Positions 1 through 8,205 of a stretch of DNA of 25,844 nucleotides are shown piece after piece; the first letter of the stretch is position 1, and each line of letters starts with the position of its first letter. Origin of the DNA: Candidatus Hadarchaeales archaeon. Its GTDB lineage: Archaea; Hadarchaeota; Hadarchaeia; Hadarchaeales; Hadarchaeaceae. The DNA is taken from positions 1 to 25,844 of the forward strand of contig JAWCKV010000009.1 in the NCBI GenBank assembly GCA_038851565.1, given 5' to 3'. The translations under genes and the position numbers were made by a program. Below the pieces are notes generated by a model, which saw nothing but the letters and a program-made list of their open reading frames with translations, did no database searches and had not been told where the DNA came from.

Positions 1-1
1 G

Positions 2-307
2 GCTGCCTCAATACTCGCGGAAAGGGGATTCGACCATCTTCCGATCGTTGACGACGAGGGAAGGCTCGTGGGAATAGTGACCTCCTGGGACATTGCCATT
101 GCCGTTGGAAAGGGCAGGAGGAGACTGTCCGAGGTCATGACCTCAAAGGTGATCACGGCCAGGGAGGACGAGCCGATAGACGCCGTTGCCAGGAGGCTGG
201 AGACACACAACATATCAGGCGTGCCGGTTGTGGACACTAAAGAGAGGCTGAAGGGCATCCTCACCACAGACGACATATCGAAGCTATTCGGGAGGAGGGG
301 AAGATGA
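2..307 (+). CDS. CBS-pair C-terminus of an MJ0100/MA1821-type (DUF39-CBS) L-aspartate semialdehyde sulfurtransferase (homocysteine synthesis); 5'-truncated by the window edge
   Basis: Frame is open from nt 2: AASILAERGFDHLPIVDDEGRLVGIVTSWDIA...HNISGVPVVD...GILTTDDISKLFG, closely resembling the MJ0100 CBS pair. Stop overlaps the NIL-ferredoxin start (ATGA), the known partner gene. The DUF39 domain lies outside the window and is inferred. Confidence 0.8.
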   Translation, partial: AASILAERGFDHLPIVDDEGRLVGIVTSWDIAIAVGKGRRRLSEVMTSKVITAREDEPIDAVARRLETHNISGVPVVDTKERLKGILTTDDISKLFGRRGR

Positions 308-705
308 CGAGGAAGTTCCTGCTCAGGTATTCAACGCAGAAGGTCTCGGAACCGATCATCGCCTCGGTCATAAAGGAGACCAACGTCCTCCCGAACATAC
401 TGTACGCCGAGCTGGGACCCGCAGGGGGGGAGATACTCATAGCCATAGATGCTCCTGAGCACGAAACCGAGAGAGCGGCGGCGATGTTCAGGGAAAAAGG
501 TGTGGAAATAAGGGAGATAAGGAGGGCGATAGAGCTGGACAGGGACCTGTGCCTTGACTGCGGGGCATGCCTTTCGCTCTGCCCAACAGGAGCGCTCAGG
601 ATGGCACCTGACGGGACGGTGGAGCTCGATGATTCCAAATGTGTGTACTGTGAGCTGTGCGTGCCCTCATGCCCGGTGCGCGCGCTGAAGCTCTCGAGGT
701 TCTAG
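304..705 (+). CDS. NIL-domain + 2x[4Fe-4S] ferredoxin (MA1822-type iron-sulfur subunit of aspartate semialdehyde sulfurtransferase)
   Basis: N-terminal NIL domain (PIIASVIKETNVLPNILYA), then CLDCGACLSLCP and CVYCELCVPSCP motifs; context next to the CBS gene. Confidence 0.9.
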   Translation: MTRKFLLRYSTQKVSEPIIASVIKETNVLPNILYAELGPAGGEILIAIDAPEHETERAAAMFREKGVEIREIRRAIELDRDLCLDCGACLSLCPTGALRMAPDGTVELDDSKCVYCELCVPSCPVRALKLSRF

Positions 706-714
706 GTGATCACC

Positions 715-1497
715 ATGCACTTCCAGAGCTGGACATACAGGGAGACGAGGCTGAACATCAAGTGCGACGAGGAGCGCGCGATAGACGCTGCCATCCATGC
801 CGGAATTCTGGCCAGGGCAGAGGTGGAGAGGTACGTGGGGCTTCATCCGGAGTTCAGGTGGTCCCTCGAGCCAATCGACCTTCCGGGAAGGCACCCTAGG
901 GTGATAGAGCTCATGCTGCGCGCGGGAAAGACCGCAGGAGTTGGACCGTTTGCCGCGGTTGCAGGAGCCATAGCTCAAGTTGCAGCGGAGGCGGCAATAG
1001 AAGCGGGCGCCAGAAATGTGATAGTGGAGAACGGTGGAGATATAGCGATAATGGGCAACAGGGACTTCAGGATAGCCGTCTTTCCTGGACCTTCCATGGA
1101 CGAGAAGAGGATCCCTCTCGGGTTCCACATCAACGCGGGAGATCTGCCCATGGGGATATGCACGAGCTCAGGCACCGTAGGCCATTCAATAAGCTTCGGC
1201 GATGCCGATGCGGTGGTGGTGTTTGCGCGCGAGGCTGCAACCGCAGATGGGGCGGCGACCTCAATCGCCAACGAAGTAAAGGGGAGCTCCAGGGAGGGGC
1301 TGGAGAGGGGACTTCAAAAGGCCGGCGCGATAGGCGGGATCCTGGGGTGCCTCATAATCTACGGCGGAGATGTTGGAAAATGGGGCAGCGTCCCGGAACT
1401 CGTAGAGGTCAGCCCCTCTTCGCAAGAACTCACGAGGAGATGGCACGAGTACAGCACAAGCTATCTTGGAGCAGGCCCTTTTATCACCAGGCGCTGA
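715..1497 (+). CDS. UPF0280 / MA1715-type ApbE-like sulfide assimilation protein
   Basis: GVGPFAAVAGAIA, VIVENGGDIA, GICTSSGTVGHSISFGDADAV motifs. ATG at 715 chosen because GGTGA (705-709) sits 5 nt upstream; alternative GTG at 706. Confidence 0.9.
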   Translation: MHFQSWTYRETRLNIKCDEERAIDAAIHAGILARAEVERYVGLHPEFRWSLEPIDLPGRHPRVIELMLRAGKTAGVGPFAAVAGAIAQVAAEAAIEAGARNVIVENGGDIAIMGNRDFRIAVFPGPSMDEKRIPLGFHINAGDLPMGICTSSGTVGHSISFGDADAVVVFAREAATADGAATSIANEVKGSSREGLERGLQKAGAIGGILGCLIIYGGDVGKWGSVPELVEVSPSSQELTRRWHEYSTSYLGAGPFITRR

Positions 1498-1511
1498 TTA
1501 AAATTGAAACC

Positions 1512-1793
1512 ATGGCGGTCAGGGTGAGATTCTTCGCCAGCGTCAGGGAGGCCGCGGGGAAGCCGGAGGAAAACCTCAGCGGGGTAGTCAGCCTTGCGTC
1601 CCTGCTTGAAGAGCTCGTATCCAGATTTGGGGAAAGGATGGAGGCCGAGCTGTACCAACCCGGAAAAAAGGAGCTCAGGCCTACCATCAACATCCTGCTC
1701 AACGGTAAGGCGCTGAAGCTTCCGGATGACCTGGGCATAAGGATAGATGATGGGGACGAACTGGCGATATTTCCGCCGGTAGCAGGTGGATGA
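1512..1793 (+). CDS. Ubiquitin-like small archaeal modifier protein (SAMP1/MoaD family), 93 aa
   Basis: MAVRVRFFASVREAAG...INILLNG...DGDELAIFPPVAGG-stop; intact C-terminal Gly-Gly. True start is ATG 1512, not 1158. Confidence 0.93.
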   Translation: MAVRVRFFASVREAAGKPEENLSGVVSLASLLEELVSRFGERMEAELYQPGKKELRPTINILLNGKALKLPDDLGIRIDDGDELAIFPPVAGG

Positions 1794-2514
1794 GTTGGAG
1801 AGGTATCTCAGGCAAATCGGGATAAAGGGCTTCGGGAAAGGGGCCCAGAGAAGGCTTGAGAGGTCAGCGGTCCTCGTGGCAGGAGCTGGAGGGCTGGGCA
1901 CCTCCGCTTCAGTTTATCTGGCAGCCGCGGGGGTGGGGAAGCTGACCCTGGTCGACAGCGGAAAAGTTGAGCCCAGCAACCTCAACAGGCAGATACTCCA
2001 CTGGGAGAGCGACATCGGGGCACCGAAGGTCAGGTCGGCCGCCCGGAAGCTGAGGTGCCTAAACCCATCGGTCGAGGTCGAGGGCGTTGAGCGCGGGATC
2101 TCTGAGGAAAACGTGGAAGGGCTGGTTAAGAAAGCTGATGTGGTGGTCGACGGCCTGGACAACTACCGCACGAGATTCATCCTCAACGAGGCATGCGTGA
2201 GGTTTGGGGTCCCTATGGTTCACGGCGCGGTGGAGGGGCTTGATGGCCAGGTCACCACGATACTTCCCGGAAAGGGCCCGTGTTTGAGGTGTATAATTCC
2301 TAAAGAGCCGGGTCAAAAGGGAGAGATCCCGGTCCTGGGGCCAGTGCCCGGAATGATAGGCTGCGCCCAGGCCATGGAGGCAATAAAGCTCATCACAGGC
2401 CTGGGGGTGCCCCTGGTGGGCAGAATGCTCATATTGTCTGGAAGGGAGATGAATTTCGAGGAGATCGAGGTGAGGCGGGATCCAGGGTGCGCGGTCTGCG
2501 GGGGGAAACGGTGA
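1786..2514 (+). CDS. ThiF/MoeB/UbaA family E1-like adenylyltransferase
   Basis: RYLRQI, GAGGLG, SNLNRQIL, DGLDNYRTR, zinc pairs CLRC and CAVC; GTG start overlaps the SAMP 3' end by 8 nt. Confidence 0.93.
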   Translation: MDELERYLRQIGIKGFGKGAQRRLERSAVLVAGAGGLGTSASVYLAAAGVGKLTLVDSGKVEPSNLNRQILHWESDIGAPKVRSAARKLRCLNPSVEVEGVERGISEENVEGLVKKADVVVDGLDNYRTRFILNEACVRFGVPMVHGAVEGLDGQVTTILPGKGPCLRCIIPKEPGQKGEIPVLGPVPGMIGCAQAMEAIKLITGLGVPLVGRMLILSGREMNFEEIEVRRDPGCAVCGGKR

Positions 2515-3722
2515 TGCCAGGGATACCCAAAGAGAGGCTGGAGAAGTACGTCGGGATGAAGAGGGAGGTGAGCGAGGAGAAATACATAAATCTTAACCCC
2601 ATTCAGAGGGGCGGCGTCCTCACCGAGGAGGCAAGGAGGGTCATCGCGGAGTTCGGGGACGGGTATTCAACCTGCGACTGGTGCCCTCCAAAGTCCCCAA
2701 GGCTGGACTCGATCGAACGCCCCCCGATCGCCCAGTTCATGCAGGACCTCGCGGAGTTTCTGGGAATGGACGTCGCAAGGGTCACCACAAGATGCAGGGA
2801 GGCGATATTCATGGCGTTTGCAACCCTTGCGGAGCCAGGCGAGCACATCATAGTCGACAGCCTTGCCCACTACTCCACCTACCTCGCCGCGGAGCTTGCC
2901 AGGGTCAGGGTGAAGGAGGTTCCACACGGCGGATATCCTGAGTTCAGGGTCCAGGTGGACTCCTACGCCCAGAAGATAGAGGAGGTGAAAAGGGAGACCG
3001 GCAGGCTCCCCGCAGCGGCCCTGCTCACCCACGTAGACTACCTCTACGGAAACCTGAACGATGCCGCGATGGTCGGGAAGGTGTGCAGGGAGTACGGCGT
3101 GCCCTTCATACTGAATGCCGCGTACACGGCCGGCGTGATGCCTGTGGATGGAAGGAGGATGAACGTTGATGTTCTCGTCTCAAGCGGCCACAAATCATGG
3201 GCGGCGAGCGCGCCCACTGGAATAATCGCGGTGACGGAGGAGCTGGCAGAACGCGTTCTGGCGCGGTCGAGAATTTCAGGCGACTGGAGCGGGCGAAGGT
3301 TTGAGATGAAGGAATATCCGCTTCTGGGGTGCACGGTGATGGGCGCCCCCCTCATCACCCTCATGGCCTCTTTCCCAGAGGTGGTGAGGAGGGTGGAGAG
3401 GTGGGATGAGGAGGTAGAAAACGCAAGGTATCTCGTGGAGGAGCTGGAGCGGATAGAGGGAACAAAACAGCTCGGCGTGAGGCCAAAGGAACACACGCTG
3501 ATCCACATTGAGTCCGATGGGTTCTTCAGGGCATCACAGGGGCACAGAAGGAAGGGTTACTTCCTGTACGATGAACTGAAGGAGAGGGGGATAGTGGGCA
3601 TACAGCCCGGGCTCACTAAACACTTCAAGCTCAACACGTACGGTCTCGGCAGGGAGAGGGTAAAGAGGGTTGCGGACGCGTTCCTCGATATCGCAGGGAA
3701 AGTCGGTCTCTCGGTGAGCTGA
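2514..3722 (+). CDS. pscS: O-phosphoseryl-tRNA:Cys-tRNA synthase (SepCysS)
   Basis: INLNPIQRGG, GDGYSTCDWC (CxxC), AHYSTY, SGHKSWAAS (PLP lysine), LLGCT, KGYFLYDELKERGIVGIQPGLTKHFKLNTYGL; start ATG 2514 (or GTG 2511) overlaps the E1 stop. Confidence 0.95.
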   Translation: MPGIPKERLEKYVGMKREVSEEKYINLNPIQRGGVLTEEARRVIAEFGDGYSTCDWCPPKSPRLDSIERPPIAQFMQDLAEFLGMDVARVTTRCREAIFMAFATLAEPGEHIIVDSLAHYSTYLAAELARVRVKEVPHGGYPEFRVQVDSYAQKIEEVKRETGRLPAAALLTHVDYLYGNLNDAAMVGKVCREYGVPFILNAAYTAGVMPVDGRRMNVDVLVSSGHKSWAASAPTGIIAVTEELAERVLARSRISGDWSGRRFEMKEYPLLGCTVMGAPLITLMASFPEVVRRVERWDEEVENARYLVEELERIEGTKQLGVRPKEHTLIHIESDGFFRASQGHRRKGYFLYDELKERGIVGIQPGLTKHFKLNTYGLGRERVKRVADAFLDIAGKVGLSVS

Positions 3723-3726
3723 GCCA

Positions 3727-4287
3727 TCAGGCCGCGATTGCCGAGGAGAGCAGGTAGTACAGCCCGGTCACAAAAGATGGGAGGTATATGTAGAGGAGGA
3801 ACCTCTTCCTGAATAGAACCGCGCACGACGCGATGATCGCGGAAACGTTGAACAGGAGCGCGGCAGTGGATCTCAACTCGGAAATGCTGTCGAAAAGGGA
3901 CGTTTGGGACATCGCGTTTTCATATGCATCGGAGTAAAGCACGGCCCTGCCCTCGGCGTTTTCCGCTATCTCGGTGTAGAAGTTTGAGAGCTGAATTGAC
4001 TGATACCACAGGTTCTCAAGGTAGGCCTTGACCTCCAGATTTTCCTCCTTTTCAGAGTAGGCGAGATACATCCCGGCCTGGGTCAGGTAGGACTGCGCCT
4101 GCACCCTGGAGCTTGATGCCTCTGTGACGCACTCCAACCTCAGCATCATGAAACCAAGCGCAGACATCCTGGAGGAGCTCGCCTCACTTCCGGCACCGCC
4201 GGAGGATATCCAGCTTATCGCGGCAAACAGCGATGCGATAGTCACCAGAATCGCTGCCACGTTCGTTATGTCATCTCTTGCCGGCAT
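3727..4287 (-). CDS. Hypothetical membrane protein (N-terminal TM helix, helical loop, two C-terminal TM helices; DUF4337-like architecture)
   Basis: Hydrophobic segments VAAILVTIASLFAAISWI, AALLFNVSAIIASCAVLF and FLLYIYLPSFVTGLYYLL; fills the gap between pscS and engB. Confidence 0.65.
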   Translation of the reverse strand: MPARDDITNVAAILVTIASLFAAISWISSGGAGSEASSSRMSALGFMMLRLECVTEASSSRVQAQSYLTQAGMYLAYSEKEENLEVKAYLENLWYQSIQLSNFYTEIAENAEGRAVLYSDAYENAMSQTSLFDSISELRSTAALLFNVSAIIASCAVLFRKRFLLYIYLPSFVTGLYYLLSSAIAA

Positions 4288-4325
4288 TCCATGCCCACTC
4301 TTACTGCCACAGGGGAGTTAAAATC

Positions 4326-4904
4326 CTATTTGGCCCTTCTGCCCTTCACCCTCTCCATGATGAGAGACCTCAGGTAGCTGACTCCCTCACCGGTCTTTGC
4401 GGAGACCGGGACAATCGTGTCGATCCACTGTCTCCACGGCGGAAGCAGCCCGAGCTTGTCAGCGATCATGTCCAGAAAGATGTCACGGTCCTCCCTGTGG
4501 ATCAGGTCGATCTTGTTTGCCGCCACGATTGGATCAAGATCCAGCTCGTTGAGGAACTGAAACATCTCCACGTCCACCGGGACCTGGCCCCTTTTCTCCC
4601 ACCTTTCGGCAATTTCGAGAAATGCCTTGGCGTCCAGCACCTCGACCGAAGCGGAGATCCTCCTCCGGTTTTTCTCAAGGTACCTCACTATCTGCGTCTT
4701 TATCCTCTCCTGGAGCGCCTCGGGCACACCGGACATGAATCCGAAGCCGGGCATGTCCACCACCTCCACCCTACCCCACTGATATCTCGCAATCCTACGC
4801 GTCACGCCCGGCCTCCTTCCCACCCTCACCCTCTTTCCCGTGAGCGCCCTTATCAGGCTTGACTTCCCCACGTTTGAGCGTCCAACGAAAACCAGCTCCG
4901 CCAC
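4326..4904 (-). CDS. engB: GTP-binding protein EngB (YihA family)
   Basis: G1 GRSNVGKSS, G2 PGVT, G3 DMPGFG, G4 NKID, G5 VSAK. Confidence 0.93.
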   Translation of the reverse strand: MAELVFVGRSNVGKSSLIRALTGKRVRVGRRPGVTRRIARYQWGRVEVVDMPGFGFMSGVPEALQERIKTQIVRYLEKNRRRISASVEVLDAKAFLEIAERWEKRGQVPVDVEMFQFLNELDLDPIVAANKIDLIHREDRDIFLDMIADKLGLLPPWRQWIDTIVPVSAKTGEGVSYLRSLIMERVKGRRAK

Positions 4905-4983
4905 CTTTCACCATGCCCCATAGTCGTTATGCCGGATATGTATTCCCACCGAAACGCTTATGTGTTGCTGTAAATGAGGGAAG

Positions 4984-5541
4984 ATGATGACGACTTACTT
5001 CGAAAAGGCTGGAGATCACACCGAGGAGGTCCTGGAGCTCGCCAAGAAAAGGGCGGAGGAACTGGGCATCAGGGACATAGTGGTGGCGAGCACCACCGGC
5101 AGAACCGGCGCGAGGGCGTCCGAGGTCTTTAGAGGATACAACCTTGTCGTGGTCACGCATCAGTTTGGATACAAGGATCCCGGAACCAATGAACTCCTAG
5201 AGGAGCACAGAAAGGAAATAGAAAAAAACGGGGGACGCATACTCACGTGCACCCATGCGTTTCTGGGGGTGGAGAGGGCCATAAGGAAGTCAATGAACAC
5301 GGCCTATCCCGTTGAGGTGATGGCTCAGGCGCTCAGGATGTTCGGGCAGGGCACGAAGGTGGCCGTGGAGATAGCAGCCATGGCCGCGGACGCTGGCATG
5401 ATACCACACGACAGGGATGTTATATGCATAGCGGGCACGGGAAAGGGCGTCGACACGGCGCTGGTAATCAGGCCGGAGAACTCACTCAGGATATTTGACC
5501 TATTCGTCAGGGAGATAATAGCCAAACCCAGGGACAAGTAG
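4984..5541 (+). CDS. MTH1675-like pyruvate kinase C-terminal (alpha/beta) domain protein
   Basis: YFEKAG..TEEVL, IVVASTTGRTG, VVVTH, LRMFGQGTKVAVEIAAMAADAG, AGTGKGVDTA, VREIIAKPR. Confidence 0.85.
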   Translation: MMTTYFEKAGDHTEEVLELAKKRAEELGIRDIVVASTTGRTGARASEVFRGYNLVVVTHQFGYKDPGTNELLEEHRKEIEKNGGRILTCTHAFLGVERAIRKSMNTAYPVEVMAQALRMFGQGTKVAVEIAAMAADAGMIPHDRDVICIAGTGKGVDTALVIRPENSLRIFDLFVREIIAKPRDK

Positions 5542-5544
5542 AGA

Positions 5545-5868
5545 TCAAGTTGTGGGCTGGCTGGAGCCCTGGGCCTCCTCGGGAGGAGCCAGCGTCACCT
5601 CGTCCTTGTGCTTGAGCTTTGTGTGTATGCCCCTTATCTGCTGGATCCTCCTCCCGTTCAGCATTATATTGCAGTTATCCCTCAGATCCCCGGTGGTGGG
5701 ATCCAGCACGTCCTCCACCACCTTGGGATACCTCCTGCTCAGCTTCAGAAGGAGCGTGTCCACGGTTTCGTCCTCGGAGATCTTCACCCTTATCGATTCG
5801 GTTCCAGCGCGCTCCTTGAATGACCCATACAGCTTTACCGTTATCTCCATTCCACCACTATCTCTCAT
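5545..5868 (-). CDS. MoaD/ThiS-family ubiquitin-like protein lacking the C-terminal Gly-Gly
   Basis: ITVKLYGSFKERAG...NIMLNGRRI...TKLKHKDEVTLAPP beta-grasp pattern, ending PPEEAQGSSQPTT; alternative start ATG 5850. Confidence 0.82.
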   Translation of the reverse strand: MRDSGGMEITVKLYGSFKERAGTESIRVKISEDETVDTLLLKLSRRYPKVVEDVLDPTTGDLRDNCNIMLNGRRIQQIRGIHTKLKHKDEVTLAPPEEAQGSSQPTT

Positions 5869-5910
5869 TTATCCGCTGTCATCACCCACATCTATACACC
5901 ATATATGAGC

Positions 5911-5928
5911 ACTTAAAAAAAGTTTTCC
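5911..5928 (-). promoter_or_regulatory. Putative BRE/TATA promoter of the GG-less MoaD-like gene
   Basis: Minus strand reads GGAAAACTTTTTTTAAGT about 45 nt upstream of ATG 5868 in an AT-rich divergent spacer. Confidence 0.45.
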
Positions 5929-5983
5929 GCTCCGATTTCCCTCACATTTATTTATCCGGATGATGATGGCAAATGGTGGGCTG

Positions 5984-7159
5984 TTGAAGGTAGTCCTGGC
6001 GTTCAGCGGAGGACTCGACACCCTTGTGGCGATAAAGCTCCTCCAGGAGAAATACGGAGCTGACGTCATCACCCTCTCGGTCGATGTTGGACAGCCTCCT
6101 GAGAGGATGAAGGCGGCTGAAAAGAAGGCCAAGCAGGTTGGGGTGGTGAAGCACGTCAACGTGGATGCCAAGAGGGATTTCGTGGAGAGGTACATCTTCC
6201 CCAGCATACGCGCCAACGGATCATATGAAGGCTATCCTCTCTCCACGGCGCTGGCGAGGTATCCAATAGCAGAAAAGCTTGTTGAGGTCGCCAAGAAGGA
6301 GGGAGCGGAGGCCGTGGCCCATGGCTGCACGGGCAAGGGAAATGACCAGTTCAGATTCGACATCACGGTGAGCACCCTCGCCCCAGATCTCAGGATAATC
6401 GCCCCGATAAGGGAGCTGAATCTCGATAGGACCTGGGAGCGAAAATACGCCAAGGAGAAGGGAATACCACTAGATCCCTGGGGCAAATACAGCATAGATG
6501 AAAACCTGTGGGGACGCTCGATAGAGGGCTCGGACCTTGAGGATCCCCTCCGCCCTCCTTCCGAGGAGATATACAGCTGGACTCGCCCTCCCGAGAGAGC
6601 AATACCTGGCGGCAGGCGCCTGAGGATCTCATTCAAGGAGGGAATACCCGTGGCGCTGGATGGGAGGAACATGGACGGAGTGAGGCTCATCACGACGCTT
6701 AACAGGATTGCGGGGGAAAACGGGGTGGGAAGGATAGAGATGATAGAGGACAGGATACTCGGGATGAAGGCGAGGGAGAACTATGAGGCTCCCGCGGCAA
6801 CCGTCCTCCTCGCTGCGCACCAAGGGCTCGAGCAGCTTGTGCTGACCAAGGACGAGCTGAGCTTCAAAAGGTTTGTGGACAACAGATGGTCGGAGCTCGT
6901 ATATGCCGGGCTGTGGTTCGACCCCCTCAGGGAGGATCTCGATGCCTTTATCTCGGCAACTCAGAGGAGAGTCACGGGCGAGGTGCTCGTTGAACTCTGC
7001 CGCGGCCACTGCCGGGTACTGGCCAGAAAATCCCAGTACTCAATATACGAGAGGAAACTGGCCACGTTTGAGGAATCGGAGTTGGACCAGAGGGAAACCG
7101 TGGGAGTGCTGAAGCTTCACGGGCTCCAGGGCAAAATAGCAAGGAGGAGGATGGTTTGA
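5984..7159 (+). CDS. argG: Argininosuccinate synthase (canonical copy)
   Basis: VVLAFSGGLDT, YPLSTALAR, HGCTGKGNDQFRF, YSIDENLWGRSIEG, IEDRILGMKARENYEAP. TTG 5984 has GGTGG upstream; alternative ATG starts at 5960-5966. Confidence 0.95.
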   Translation: MKVVLAFSGGLDTLVAIKLLQEKYGADVITLSVDVGQPPERMKAAEKKAKQVGVVKHVNVDAKRDFVERYIFPSIRANGSYEGYPLSTALARYPIAEKLVEVAKKEGAEAVAHGCTGKGNDQFRFDITVSTLAPDLRIIAPIRELNLDRTWERKYAKEKGIPLDPWGKYSIDENLWGRSIEGSDLEDPLRPPSEEIYSWTRPPERAIPGGRRLRISFKEGIPVALDGRNMDGVRLITTLNRIAGENGVGRIEMIEDRILGMKARENYEAPAATVLLAAHQGLEQLVLTKDELSFKRFVDNRWSELVYAGLWFDPLREDLDAFISATQRRVTGEVLVELCRGHCRVLARKSQYSIYERKLATFEESELDQRETVGVLKLHGLQGKIARRRMV

Positions 7160-8178
7160 TAAGGGTATCGGTGGTTGGGGCCTCCGGCTACACGGCGGCT
7201 GAGCTGTTCAGAATCCTCTTGACCCACAAGGAAGCAAGGCTTGCGGGAGCATACGCGCTGAAAAACGCGGGAAGGATGGTGAGCGAGGTTCACCCGAGCC
7301 TGAGGGGCATAGTGGACATGAGGATAGAGGATGCTGACTATGACCGCATAGCGGGGGAATCAGATCTGGTCTTTGCGGCCGTGCCACACAAGGTTCCAAT
7401 GAGCTTTGTGCCCCGCCTGCTCAAACACGGCGTGCGCGTGGTGGACCTGAGCGCAGACTACAGGTTTGAGGATGTCTCGGTCTATGAGAGGTACTATGTC
7501 AAACACGAAAGCCCGGACGTAAAGGGCGTCTATGGCCTGCCTGAGCTCCACAGGGAAAAAATAAGAAAGGCCCAGCTGGTGGCCAATCCCGGCTGTTTCC
7601 CCACGGCGGCTGTCCTCTCGCTTGCACCTCTGGTCAAGAAGGGCATCATGGACCTTGACCATATAGTTGTGGACGCAAAGACCGGCACCTCAGGAGCGGG
7701 CGCCACGCCAACCGAGGCCACACACCATCCCACGATAGGCGCGAGCGTGAGGGCATATTCCGCGCTTAGCCACCGGCATGCTCCGGAGATCGATCAGGAG
7801 CTGTCCAAGCTTGCGGGAAGGCCTGTGAAGGTCTCCTTCGTCCCCCACCTGGTACCCATCGTGAGGGGAATACTCTCAACCGCGCACGTGTTCCTCAACA
7901 AAAACCTGGAGAGAGAGGACCTTCTAGAGGAGTACAGAAAGTTCTATGGGGCAGAGCCCTTCGTCAGGGTGGTGGAGGGACTGCCCGAGATCAACTACGT
8001 TCTCGGCTCAAACTACTGCGACATAGGCGTTGCGGTCGACGGCGAGGGCAGGGCAGCTGTGGTAGCTGCAATAGACAACCTTGTCAAGGGGGCTTCGGGC
8101 CAGGCCGTGCAGAACATGAACATAATGTTTGGAATCGATGAAACCGAGGGGCTGAAGGCCGCGCCCCTGCGTCCATGA
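7156..8178 (+). CDS. argC: N-acetyl-gamma-glutamyl-phosphate reductase
   Basis: GASGYTA, DLSADYR, YGLPEL, VANPGCFPT, GTSGAG, IDNLVKGASGQAVQNMN; TTGA overlap with argG. Confidence 0.96.
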   Translation: MIRVSVVGASGYTAAELFRILLTHKEARLAGAYALKNAGRMVSEVHPSLRGIVDMRIEDADYDRIAGESDLVFAAVPHKVPMSFVPRLLKHGVRVVDLSADYRFEDVSVYERYYVKHESPDVKGVYGLPELHREKIRKAQLVANPGCFPTAAVLSLAPLVKKGIMDLDHIVVDAKTGTSGAGATPTEATHHPTIGASVRAYSALSHRHAPEIDQELSKLAGRPVKVSFVPHLVPIVRGILSTAHVFLNKNLEREDLLEEYRKFYGAEPFVRVVEGLPEINYVLGSNYCDIGVAVDGEGRAAVVAAIDNLVKGASGQAVQNMNIMFGIDETEGLKAAPLRP

Positions 8179-8205
8179 AATGCCGATGAGGGAAGTCGAT
8201 CTCAC

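Noticed and set aside
1158..1511. 118-aa N-terminal extension of the SAMP ORF in the track (211 aa)
   Set aside because: Alternate-frame run inside the UPF0280 gene; MoaD similarity starts only at ATG 1512
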